Assembly: GCA_000437895.1 (NCBI GenBank)
Contig: FR902162.1
Location: 68,289-132,288, forward strand
DNA: 64,000 bases
Source of the DNA: Clostridium sp. CAG:914
Lineage (GTDB): Bacteria > Bacillota_I > Bacilli_A > RF39 > UBA660
Reading direction: 5' to 3'
This document shows, piece after piece, positions 10,569-19,937 of the stretch. Numbering within the stretch: the first letter of the stretch is position 1; each line of letters begins with the position of its first letter. Both the position numbers and the translations under genes were made by a program. Below the pieces are notes generated by a model. The model was not told where the DNA came from, did not search any database, and worked only from the letters and a program-made list of their open reading frames with translations.

Positions 10569-11837
10569 ATGAAAAATTTAAGTATTCAACAAATAAATGA
10601 AATGTATAAAGAATTAGCATATACAATTATGACAGAAAAAGAGTTTTTAAAAATAGTTAAAAATATAACAGAAAAAGAAAAAGAACCATCAATAATTATA
10701 GAAAAAATAAGAGAATATATTTTGAAAATAATAGATAAAGATTCAAATATATTAGAAATATTAAATGAAATTATAAATACTAAATTTAAAAATACAAATG
10801 AATATAATACTGCACTAAAAGCTCTTGAATACATATGTGATTTACTAAATAAATATAATATAAACTTAGAAGTTGAAACTATTAATAGTTTATTAACATC
10901 AAATGAAACTTTTAATACTATAGTAAGTACTATAGTAAATAAAAATTTACAAGCTATAAAGAAAGGCAATATATCCACACTATTTAAAAGAGAAGAAATA
11001 AATGAAATTATAGAAATATATTGTATTATAAATGAAATAGAAGAAGAAAAAGTTCTATTAGAAAATATTCCTAATTCACTAACACAATATATAAAGGAAA
11101 TAATACAAATACCATTACTTACTAAAGAAGAAGAAATATCCCTATTAGAAAGAGCAAAAAATGGCGATGAAGAAGCCAAAAATAAACTTATCGAAGCCAA
11201 TCAAAGATTAGTAATTCATGTAGCTCAAAAATATCAAAATAGTATAACAAATATGGAATTAGGAGATCTAATACAAGAAGGAAATTTCGGACTTAAAAAA
11301 GCAATAGAAAGATTTGATTTAGATAAAGAATGCAAATTTTCAACATATGCCTATTGGTGGATAAGACAAAAAATAACAAGAGCAATTTCTAATAAAGAAA
11401 GAATCATTAGATTACCTGTATATCTAGTTGAAAAGATAAAGGATTTACATAATGCAATATATAAATTAACAATAAAACTAAATAGAGAGCCAACAGAAGA
11501 AGAAATAGCAAGAGAAATGAATTTATCTATTGATGGAGTAAGAAAAATTAAAAAATATGCTCAAGATTCAATGTCATTAGATATAACAGTCGGAGAAGAT
11601 GGTAGTAGTTGTATTGGAGATTTTATTGAAGATGGAAAAAGTAATATAGAAGATGAAGCTATTAATAATAAGAAAAGAGAGAAAATATTTGAATATTTAA
11701 ATAAATTATCTGAAAGATATAGAGAAGTCATAATGATGAGATATGGCTTTGAAGGAGAGCCAAAAACATTTCAAGAAATTGGTAAATCACTTGGAATTAC
11801 TAGACAAAGAGCTGAACAAATAGAAAAAAAGTATTAA
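10569..11837 (+). CDS. rpoD: Primary sigma factor RpoD/SigA, main ORF C-terminally truncated by a local repeat
   Basis: Region 2.4 YAYWWIRQKITRAI and region 4 ITRQRAEQIE. The ORF ends ...EQIEKKY inside the region-4.2 recognition helix. The natural C-terminus (EKSARRAILLMIRRAGHEDF...) is found only in a detached repeat copy downstream. Confidence 0.8.
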   Translation: MKNLSIQQINEMYKELAYTIMTEKEFLKIVKNITEKEKEPSIIIEKIREYILKIIDKDSNILEILNEIINTKFKNTNEYNTALKALEYICDLLNKYNINLEVETINSLLTSNETFNTIVSTIVNKNLQAIKKGNISTLFKREEINEIIEIYCIINEIEEEKVLLENIPNSLTQYIKEIIQIPLLTKEEEISLLERAKNGDEEAKNKLIEANQRLVIHVAQKYQNSITNMELGDLIQEGNFGLKKAIERFDLDKECKFSTYAYWWIRQKITRAISNKERIIRLPVYLVEKIKDLHNAIYKLTIKLNREPTEEEIAREMNLSIDGVRKIKKYAQDSMSLDITVGEDGSSCIGDFIEDGKSNIEDEAINNKKREKIFEYLNKLSERYREVIMMRYGFEGEPKTFQEIGKSLGITRQRAEQIEKKY

Positions 11838-11947
11838 GAATGATAACAACGATGATAAAAGAAGATGGCCAAGAAGAATTTTTAAATGATAATTATACCT
11901 ATAAAAGGACACAATAGTAAAAATAAATATGCTATTAAGAAAAAAAA

Positions 11948-12183
11948 TTAGAAAATATTTGAATATTTAAATAAATTATCTGAAAGATATAGAGAAGTCA
12001 TAATGATGAGATATGGCTTTGAAGGAGAGCCAAAAACATTTCAAGAAATTGGTAAATCACTTGGAATTACTAGACAAAGAGCTGAACAAATAGAAAAATC
12101 AGCAAGAAGAGCAATATTATTAATGATAAGAAGAGCTGGTCATGAGGATTTTATATCAGAAGGTTATAGTTACATACGTTAAA
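11948..12183 (+). repeat. Second copy of the 151-bp rpoD 3' segment, carrying the intact rpoD C-terminal coding end
   Basis: 11948-12098 is identical to 11678-11828. It continues in frame to the stop at about 12181, encoding ...RQRAEQIEKSARRAILLMIRRAGHEDFISEGYSYIR. A TAG sits in frame just upstream of the copy. Confidence 0.7.
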
Positions 12184-12295
12184 AAATAATGCTACAATTA
12201 GTAGTGTTATTTTCTTTTAACTATTTGTAAAAATATAGTAAATGTATCTTTACAAAATTAAAAAAGTTATATTATAATTATATTAAGGTGAGAAT

Positions 12296-13333
12296 ATGAA
12301 AAAACAATCTATACTTAATCTTAATATCTCATCAATAAATGATATAACTAAGATAGAAGAAAGTTGTAAATATATTGATTTAGATCTTACTAATTATAGT
12401 AGTGAAGTTATAAATTATTTCTTAAAAAACGGAAGTAATTATATGTATAGTGAAATAATAAATAACAAGAAAGGTTATGTATATGTTGACTATGAAATAT
12501 TTGCAAGAGGAGAACACATCATAGATTTAATATATCAAAATATGCCTCAAAATCTTAATGAACTAGCCAAAGCAAAATATTTATATATTTCCCTAGGTAG
12601 TCTAGTAGGATATGATATAAATACAGATATAGAAAAAAATGATGATTATTCATATTCCTTTCAAAGTACTACTGATAGTATCTGGGGAACTCTTTCAAAA
12701 GGAAAATGTAGCAATATAAGTATTGTAAAAATATACTATTATTTATGTAAAATTTCTAACATTAATTGTGAAATAATAAAATCAAAAAATGATTACTATA
12801 ATAAAATAATTATTAATAATACAACATTGATTATAGATTTATATAAAGATATTCCATATATACAAAGTAAGTTTAAAACAAAATATTTTTCTAACTATAA
12901 TGATGATATAGAATTAGATAAAACAATCGGATATATTAAAAATAATTATTGTGAAGTATTAATTGATGAATCATTAAAAGAACTTAATTTCAATAAAGAA
13001 AATATTTTGCCTAGCATATTGAATAAAACACAAAATATTATGGATATAGCTAACATCGAACCATCTTGCTTATCTATTATATATAATTTAATATTTACTA
13101 AATATTGTCCAGACTATAATATAAGTATTAATAATTTATACTTAAATGATATTTATAATAAACATGATCATTTTATATTAATAAGTCATGATAAACTACA
13201 TTATAGTTATAATTATAAAACAAAAAATTTCATACAAATGGATTATAACAATATAATTAATAATATAGAAAAAGGTAGAATAGGAATATACCTTAATGAA
13301 AAAATTCCTAATATAAATGAAAGAAGTGATTAA
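12296..13333 (+). CDS. Hypothetical cytoplasmic protein (N/Y/I-rich), possible transglutaminase-like fold
   Basis: Consensus-like promoter (TTTACA...TATAAT) and RBS AAGGTGAG upstream. Cys...His...Asp spacing weakly recalls the transglutaminase-like core. Confidence 0.35.
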   Translation: MKKQSILNLNISSINDITKIEESCKYIDLDLTNYSSEVINYFLKNGSNYMYSEIINNKKGYVYVDYEIFARGEHIIDLIYQNMPQNLNELAKAKYLYISLGSLVGYDINTDIEKNDDYSYSFQSTTDSIWGTLSKGKCSNISIVKIYYYLCKISNINCEIIKSKNDYYNKIIINNTTLIIDLYKDIPYIQSKFKTKYFSNYNDDIELDKTIGYIKNNYCEVLIDESLKELNFNKENILPSILNKTQNIMDIANIEPSCLSIIYNLIFTKYCPDYNISINNLYLNDIYNKHDHFILISHDKLHYSYNYKTKNFIQMDYNNIINNIEKGRIGIYLNEKIPNINERSD

Positions 13334-13335
13334 AT

Positions 13336-14607
13336 TTGGATCCCTCGGTTATAATCTACATAATAATTTTACTCCTATTAATTGGAGTATCTGCAATATG
13401 TTCAGCAGCAGAAACAGCATTTTCAAGTGCTAATATTATAAGAATAAAATCATTAGCCAAGAAAAAAGATAAAAGAGCCAAAAAAGCTTATAAACTAATA
13501 AAATACTACTCTAAAACACTAACTACTATTTTAGTATTTAATAATATAGTTAATATATTATCTACATCTTTAGCAACGTATATATTTACAAAGTATTTAG
13601 GAGGAAGCGGTGTTATATATGCCACAATAATAATGACCATTCTAATACTTATTTTTGGAGAAATAATTCCCAAAATATTAGCCAAAGAATACTCTGAAGA
13701 ATTTGCTTATTTTATAGCACCAATATTTAGTGTATTAATAATTATTTTAACACCTATTACTAAACTAGTAAGTTTACTCGAAAATAAACTAAAAGGCAAA
13801 AAGAAAAACATAACTGCTACAGAAGATGAACTTATAGAAATAATTCAAACAGTAGAATTAGAAGGAGTATTAAATCAAGTTGAAAGTGAATTAATTCAAA
13901 ATGCTTTAGAATTTGATGACAAAAGAATTAAAGATGTCATGGTTGATAAAAAAGATGTAATATTTCTATATGACACAGATAGCAGTGAACGTATAAAGCA
14001 ATTAATAATCAATCAAAAATATTCAAGAATACCCGTTGTATGTAGACGTACAGGACGAGTACTAGGTATCATTCATGAAGGAGATTTAATTGATGATATC
14101 TTACAAGGAAAAGAAATATCAATTAATACATTATTAAAAGATGCTATATATGTAAATAAAAATAGAAAATTAGCTTATGCACTAGAAAAAATTCAAAAAA
14201 GTAGAATGCATATGGCTATAGTAATAGATAATAATGAAGATCATAATTTCTTAGGAATTGTAACTCTTGAAGATATATTAGAGGAATTAGTAGGTGAAAT
14301 ATATGATGAATATGATGACCTTCCTACAAATGTTTTAGAAATAGGCCTACATACATTTCAAATAAATCCTAATATAGAAATAAAAACATTTTTTAATAAA
14401 TATCTAGAAAATACCAACTTACCAAATACTAAAGCCAAAACATTTACAGGTTGGATACAAGAACTATCAAATGGAAGACCCAAAAAAAATCAAGAATTTA
14501 ATTATGAAAATATAAAAATAACAATATTATCTTTAGATGGAAAAATACCTACAAAACTAGAGGTAACATTCACATCTAATTATGAAGATGATAATGATTT
14601 GTTATAA
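13336..14607 (+). CDS. CNNM/TlyC-family membrane protein (DUF21 + CBS pair + CorC_HlyC)
   Basis: N-terminal 4-TM DUF21 with the SAAETAF motif, tandem CBS domains, and a C-terminal CorC/HlyC transporter-associated domain. Probable TTG start. Confidence 0.75.
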   Translation: MDPSVIIYIIILLLLIGVSAICSAAETAFSSANIIRIKSLAKKKDKRAKKAYKLIKYYSKTLTTILVFNNIVNILSTSLATYIFTKYLGGSGVIYATIIMTILILIFGEIIPKILAKEYSEEFAYFIAPIFSVLIIILTPITKLVSLLENKLKGKKKNITATEDELIEIIQTVELEGVLNQVESELIQNALEFDDKRIKDVMVDKKDVIFLYDTDSSERIKQLIINQKYSRIPVVCRRTGRVLGIIHEGDLIDDILQGKEISINTLLKDAIYVNKNRKLAYALEKIQKSRMHMAIVIDNNEDHNFLGIVTLEDILEELVGEIYDEYDDLPTNVLEIGLHTFQINPNIEIKTFFNKYLENTNLPNTKAKTFTGWIQELSNGRPKKNQEFNYENIKITILSLDGKIPTKLEVTFTSNYEDDNDLL

Positions 14608-14615
14608 GAAAATAT

Positions 14616-14648
14616 GAGATAGACAGAAATGCCTATCTCTTTTATTAT
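14616..14648 (+). terminator. Rho-independent terminator
   Basis: GAGATAG...CTATCTC hairpin followed by TTTTATT. Confidence 0.6.
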
Positions 14649-14773
14649 AAAATAAGCTAAATGTTAATTATTGCTAAAATTTAATTCACATTAGTCCAAA
14701 TTTTTATCAAATAAAAGTAATTCACAAAATAAAATAAAATAATATTATTGAAAGGACCAAAGTAAGGAGTGAT

Positions 14774-15835
14774 ATGCCAAAAAAAATTATAATATTTTTA
14801 ATTATTTTAATACTTTTCATATCTAAAGTATATGCAGAAGATACTTATCGAGAAATAAAAGATTATGAAATAAGATATCGTTTTTATAAAGAAATAAATA
14901 ATAATGATAGTATTTATTATCCCAAAGGAGAAAAATTAAATGGATATATAGAAGAAGAAAATAACTTAAAATATGGAGAGTATAGTGAATATATGAATGA
15001 GTGTGAAGTTTCTGAAGAATTATATGATATAGAGTATAAAGATATTTATGTATATAAAGAGTTAAAGGAATTTCAATCATTAGTCCTTAATAAATTTGAT
15101 GGCGTTATTAAGAGTGTTATGATTATGTTTTATAATAAAGAAAATCTAAAAAAATATAACAACATAACAGACTTTTCATATCCAGCAGGAACACATCAGT
15201 ATTTTGAAGAAAAACTTAATGTTAACGATGTATTTCTACATGCTTATTGTGGTGGAATAAATACTTTTACAATAACATTATATAGTGATAAAAATTATCA
15301 ATACCCCATAGCATACAAAGAAGTAAATAATAGTATGGGACATATAACTTTTTTTGATACTCCATGGCAATTAGTAGATAAAGAATTTATAACTAAAAAA
15401 TATGATAGTAAACAAGAGGAAGGTTTATTTAGAGAATATGTTAGTAAAGAAAAAATGTGCCGTTATAGAAGAATATACACTTATAGGTATAGTAGTAAAA
15501 GAGAATATTATGATAATGATTATCATGTTAATGTAGATGGATATATTAAAGATACAAATGATTTTAAAATATATTCTAAAATAGATAACAAAGAAATAGC
15601 CAAAGAAAAAATAATAGTTAAGTTTTCAGACAATATAAAAAAAGAAGAAATATTACCAGATAATAACAATTCAAATACCATAGAAGATAAAATTAAAGAA
15701 AACGATAAATTAAAAGAACAAGAAAATAATATAACAGAAAATAATAACAAAAAAATATATTATATATTAATAATTGTAACAACATTAATTATATTTATAA
15801 TATATAAATTAATAAAAAAATGTCGAGTGAAATAA
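14774..15835 (+). CDS. Secreted Tyr/Glu-rich protein with signal peptide and C-terminal TM anchor
   Basis: N-terminal signal peptide (IIIFLIILILFISKVYA) and C-terminal TM plus a KKCRVK tail. No LPXTG motif. Confidence 0.4.
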   Translation: MPKKIIIFLIILILFISKVYAEDTYREIKDYEIRYRFYKEINNNDSIYYPKGEKLNGYIEEENNLKYGEYSEYMNECEVSEELYDIEYKDIYVYKELKEFQSLVLNKFDGVIKSVMIMFYNKENLKKYNNITDFSYPAGTHQYFEEKLNVNDVFLHAYCGGINTFTITLYSDKNYQYPIAYKEVNNSMGHITFFDTPWQLVDKEFITKKYDSKQEEGLFREYVSKEKMCRYRRIYTYRYSSKREYYDNDYHVNVDGYIKDTNDFKIYSKIDNKEIAKEKIIVKFSDNIKKEEILPDNNNSNTIEDKIKENDKLKEQENNITENNNKKIYYILIIVTTLIIFIIYKLIKKCRVK

Positions 15836-15906
15836 ATGCAAGGTTTTGTCGAAAATATATATATTTTAATTAATATATGATAGATTATAGAAAAGAGGAT
15901 GATATT

Positions 15907-16227
15907 ATGTTAAAAATAAATTATGAATTTAGAAAAGGAATATTTTTTGTAAGATTAATTGGAGATTTAGATAAAAATAATTATTATAAACAAGAAAACT
16001 TTTTAGAAGAATTAATAAGCTATAATGGCTTTAAACAAGTAGTTATTAATACAGATTTACTTAGAAATGTTGATATATATGGCATCAATTACTTAATCAA
16101 TTTTAACAAGATATTAAGAAGTAAAAATACTAATTTGGTATTATGTGATAAAACAAACATTTGGAGAACTCTTTTTGGTAATCAAATTCAACATATTAAT
16201 AATGAATTGGAGGTATTTAATGGATAA
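15907..16227 (+). CDS. STAS-domain protein (SpoIIAA/anti-sigma-antagonist-like), non-phosphorylatable variant
   Basis: Aligns with SpoIIAA (LxG(D/E)LD, VxNxxDL..(D)..G). The conserved phospho-Ser position carries Leu (DLLRNVDIYG). Its stop overlaps the sigma gene start (ATGGATAA). Confidence 0.55.
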   Translation: MLKINYEFRKGIFFVRLIGDLDKNNYYKQENFLEELISYNGFKQVVINTDLLRNVDIYGINYLINFNKILRSKNTNLVLCDKTNIWRTLFGNQIQHINNELEVFNG

Positions 16228-16894
16228 TCTACAAACCATTGATTCTTATAATAAAATTATTTTAGATAATGAATGGTTAATATATAAAATAATTAATAAA
16301 TACACATCACATTTAGAACTAGAAGATTTATATCAAGTAGCTTCCATAGGATTAATAAAAGCATATAAAAGTTTTAAAGATGATTATAATACCAAATTTT
16401 CTTCTTATGCATATAAATATGTTCTAGGAGAAGTAATAAAATATGTTAATCAATATCGTAGTATTAAAGTAAATAAAGAAATGGGAAATTTATATGGAAA
16501 AATTCTAAAGGTAAGAGATTTATTATGTCAAAAATATATGCGAGAACCAAGTAATTATGAATTATCAGTATTTATGGGAATTGATGAAATAACATTAACC
16601 GAAATAATGAAAGCTAACATGGAAATAGATAGTTTAGACAAAATAATTAGTATTGATGATAAAGAAATGTACTTATACGATATAATAGGGTATGATGCCA
16701 TTAAACTAGACCAGATGGATTTATATAATGAAATTAGTAAACTATCTGAAGAGGAACAAAAAATGATTAAGGCTAAATACTACTATGGAATGTCACAGCA
16801 AGATATAGGGAACCTCTTTGGAATGCATCAAGTAGAAGTGTCTAGAAAACTTACAAAGACTATTGGAAAACTAAGAGATAAAATAGCTTCATAG
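16220..16894 (+). CDS. SigF/SigG/SigB-type (group 3) sigma-70 family sigma factor
   Basis: Region 2 DLYQVASIGLIKAYKSFK...FSSYAYKYVLGEV. Region 4 HQVEVSRKLTKTIGKLR is typical of SigF/G/B. RBS GGAGG lies 7 nt upstream. Confidence 0.75.
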   Translation: MDNLQTIDSYNKIILDNEWLIYKIINKYTSHLELEDLYQVASIGLIKAYKSFKDDYNTKFSSYAYKYVLGEVIKYVNQYRSIKVNKEMGNLYGKILKVRDLLCQKYMREPSNYELSVFMGIDEITLTEIMKANMEIDSLDKIISIDDKEMYLYDIIGYDAIKLDQMDLYNEISKLSEEEQKMIKAKYYYGMSQQDIGNLFGMHQVEVSRKLTKTIGKLRDKIAS

Positions 16895-16897
16895 AAC

Positions 16898-17152
16898 ATG
16901 TTAAAAGAAAACATTTATGACATAGTAGCCCAAAATATAAAAAAGTATAGAATAGCCCAAAATATTACATTAAAAGAGTTAGCTAAATTAACAGGATATT
17001 CATATGCATATTTAAGAAGAATAGAAGCCCCAAAATGTCCAAAAAACTTCTCGTTATTAACTATTTCAATTATAGCAAATGCACTAAACATAGATATTAA
17101 GTATTTATTTAATAATGATACATATAATTTAATATATGAAAATAAAAGATAG
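16898..17152 (+). CDS. XRE-family HTH transcriptional regulator
   Basis: HTH_3 signature KKYRIAQNITLKELAKLTGYSYAYLRRIE. Confidence 0.6.
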   Translation: MLKENIYDIVAQNIKKYRIAQNITLKELAKLTGYSYAYLRRIEAPKCPKNFSLLTISIIANALNIDIKYLFNNDTYNLIYENKR

Positions 17153-17375
17153 GATTAATAATTATTTAAATGATAATGAATTTAGAGTAACAGTATTTGC
17201 CAATAAAATAGACATTATTAATTACAAATCTATACTAGATTTTTCAAGTACAGAAATATCAGTTAAAGTTAACAACAAAATAGTAATAATAACAGGAGAC
17301 GATTTAGTTATATCCAAAATGTATGATGACGAACTTTTAATAAAAGGAAAAATAAACAACATAAAAATTACTTAA
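17136..17375 (+). CDS. yqfC: Sporulation protein YqfC (YabP/YqfC family)
   Basis: C-terminal VIITGDDLVISKMYDDELLIKGKINNIKI matches the YabP/YqfC signature (ITG.nL.I..l...el.I.G.I..i.f). Confidence 0.7.
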   Translation: MKIKDRINNYLNDNEFRVTVFANKIDIINYKSILDFSSTEISVKVNNKIVIITGDDLVISKMYDDELLIKGKINNIKIT

Positions 17376-17460
17376 CTTTATATAATATTGCTATATTTAA
17401 TCATATTATTTATGATAAATTATTAGATTATGTCTAGGAAAACTATAATTGGGGGAATTT

Positions 17461-18609
17461 ATGCATAATTTAATTAAGGTTAAAGTAGAAGGTAAAAATA
17501 TAAATAATTATATATTATGGCTCATAAAAAACAAAATTAATATTACTAACGTATCACTAGTATCACATAATGAAATGACCTTTTTAATAGAATATAAATA
17601 CTATAACTATTTAAAAAAATACTCTAAGACATATACGGTAAGTATATTGGAGGTACACGGTAAAGTAAAATTTATTATGTTTTTGAAACAAAACTTCATC
17701 ACATTAATATCTATCATTATATCTTTAACAATTTTATATATATTATCAAACGTAATATTTTCAGTTGATATAGTTTATAATAATAAAGAAATAGTAAATT
17801 TACTTAATAAAGAATTAAATAATTATAATATAAAAAAGTATCAGTTAAAAAAATCTTATGACAATCTTGAAATAATAAAAAAACAAATTTTGGAAAATAA
17901 TAAAGACACATTGGAATGGCTAGAAATATTAGAAAGTGGTACAAAATATATAGTTAAAGTAGTTGAGAGAAAACAAGAAACAAAAGATAATAGTTATAAA
18001 TATCAATCAATTACTGCTAAAAAAAATGCCATAATATATGATATAAAAGCATATAATGGAGAAAAATTAAAAGAAAAAAACGATTATGTAAAAAAAGATA
18101 CCATAATTATCAGTGGCATATTAAATAAAGCAAATGGTGAAATAATATATAAAAAAGCCTTAGGACAAATCCTTGGTGAAGTTTGGTATGAAACACAAGT
18201 TGAATTTCCATATTTTTATAAAGAAGAACAATTAACAGGTAGAAAAAGAGAAGTATATACCATAAAATTTATTAATAAGTCATTTCCATTATTCACATTT
18301 AAGAATTATCATAATTTTAAAAAAGATGAAATTATATTGGTGGATAATGATGTTGTTCCCATAAAATTTATTAAAGAAAAGCAATACGAAGTAAATATAA
18401 TTGAAAAAATTTATACTGAAGAAGAAGTTATAAAAGAAGCAATAACATATGCCAAAGAAAAGTTACAAGAAAGCAATCACAATATTTTAAAAATAAAAGA
18501 TTATTCAATAATGAAAAAAGAAAATATAGGAAATAAAGTAAAATTAAAAATATTTTTCTCTGTTATTGAAGATATTACCAAAATAGAAGAAATTAAAGTA
18601 GAATATTAA
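17461..18609 (+). CDS. yqfD: Stage IV sporulation protein YqfD-like
   Basis: N-terminal MHNLIKVKVEG...NIT YqfD-type domain, a single TM, and a long C-terminal domain. Follows yqfC as in Bacillus and Clostridium. Confidence 0.65.
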   Translation: MHNLIKVKVEGKNINNYILWLIKNKINITNVSLVSHNEMTFLIEYKYYNYLKKYSKTYTVSILEVHGKVKFIMFLKQNFITLISIIISLTILYILSNVIFSVDIVYNNKEIVNLLNKELNNYNIKKYQLKKSYDNLEIIKKQILENNKDTLEWLEILESGTKYIVKVVERKQETKDNSYKYQSITAKKNAIIYDIKAYNGEKLKEKNDYVKKDTIIISGILNKANGEIIYKKALGQILGEVWYETQVEFPYFYKEEQLTGRKREVYTIKFINKSFPLFTFKNYHNFKKDEIILVDNDVVPIKFIKEKQYEVNIIEKIYTEEEVIKEAITYAKEKLQESNHNILKIKDYSIMKKENIGNKVKLKIFFSVIEDITKIEEIKVEY

Positions 18610-18640
18610 TATTTACAATTAAATAAAATTAAGCTATAAT

Positions 18641-19048
18641 TTGGGTATAAAGATAGGTGATAGTATGGTAGAAACACAAACAATAGATATAGAACATGTT
18701 CAAAAAATATTAAAGAATTGTCCCAATTATGACATTATTGTTAATAGTGAATTTCCTTTTGAAGATACCTTTTCAGATAAGTTAGTAGACTGGTATCGAG
18801 AACTTGTTTTCTCTGCCAATGGTAATAATGAAGGACAATTAAAAATTATTAATGCCTTAGATAAAAGTATATATTTATATGTTACAAATAATAGATATAA
18901 AAGAGGATTAAGAAAAATAGTTGATGAGAACGAAATAACATTAAAAGACAAAGAAATAATAAAAGAACTTTTAAAAAAAATAATTAATTATACCAATTCC
19001 TATGAAAATAAAACTTTATTAGAGATAGATACAACAAAATGGATATAG
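18641..19048 (+). CDS. Hypothetical protein
   Basis: ORF with plausible RBS. No recognisable motifs. Confidence 0.3.
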   Translation: MGIKIGDSMVETQTIDIEHVQKILKNCPNYDIIVNSEFPFEDTFSDKLVDWYRELVFSANGNNEGQLKIINALDKSIYLYVTNNRYKRGLRKIVDENEITLKDKEIIKELLKKIINYTNSYENKTLLEIDTTKWI

Positions 19049-19117
19049 TTTATAAAAACATCCACTTTTAAAGTAATTTATCTTTTTTTTTCGAATAATA
19101 CTATTGAAAGGAGGAAT

Positions 19118-19807
19118 ATGATTAGATTTAAAGATATACCTAAAGAAGAAAAACCACGAGAAAGATTAGTAAAATATGGAGAAAAATATTTATCAAATGA
19201 AGAACTATTGTGTATATTACTAAAAACAGGAACAAAAAAATACAATGTAAAAGAAGTTGCTAATAACTTATTATATAGAATAGGTAATATAAAAAAACTA
19301 AAAGAAGTAGGTATTAATACATTAAAGAGTATAGAAGGAATAGGAGATATAAAAGCAATTGAATTAAAAGCAATGATAGAGTTAGGTAGAAGAATATATC
19401 AAGAAGAGAATATAGAAAAATTAGTATGTACCAATGCATTAAGCATTTATAAATATTTTAATTCCATGTTTAAAGACATAAAGCAAGAAGAGTTTTACTG
19501 TTTATATTTAGATACCAAAAAGAAATTTATATCAAAAAAGAAATTATTCGTAGGAAGTATAAATAAATCTATTGTCCATCCAAGGGAAATATTTAAAGAA
19601 GCATATTTATTATCATCAAGTTTCATTGTATGTCTTCATAATCATCCAAGTGGAGATCCAAATCCAAGTAAAGAAGACATAATATTAACACAAAATATCC
19701 TAGAATTAGGCTATATACATGGCATTTATTTAATAGACCATATAATTGTTGGAAATAATAAGTATTTTAGTTTTTATGAAAATGGTTATATCAACAATAG
19801 ACAATAA
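19118..19807 (+). CDS. radC: RadC-like JAB-domain protein
   Basis: JAMM motif HNHPSGDPNPSKED plus a HhH N-terminal region. Confidence 0.85.
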   Translation: MIRFKDIPKEEKPRERLVKYGEKYLSNEELLCILLKTGTKKYNVKEVANNLLYRIGNIKKLKEVGINTLKSIEGIGDIKAIELKAMIELGRRIYQEENIEKLVCTNALSIYKYFNSMFKDIKQEEFYCLYLDTKKKFISKKKLFVGSINKSIVHPREIFKEAYLLSSSFIVCLHNHPSGDPNPSKEDIILTQNILELGYIHGIYLIDHIIVGNNKYFSFYENGYINNRQ

Positions 19808-19937
19808 TATTTTTTTTTAGTATAATTTCACTAGAGAGACTATTTAATAAATAAATTTATTAAAAATAAAAATTAAAAAGGAGATATTATATATAATAAC
19901 AATCTCTCTTATTAATATTATATATAATTAAATAAAA

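Noticed and set aside
19808-19937. Structured RNA / purine riboswitch upstream of deoD (inverted repeat CTAGAGAG…CTCTCTTA, no SD sequence before deoD)
   Set aside because: No purine-riboswitch junction motifs. The inverted repeat arms are ~75 nt apart in very AT-rich DNA, so there is insufficient evidence.
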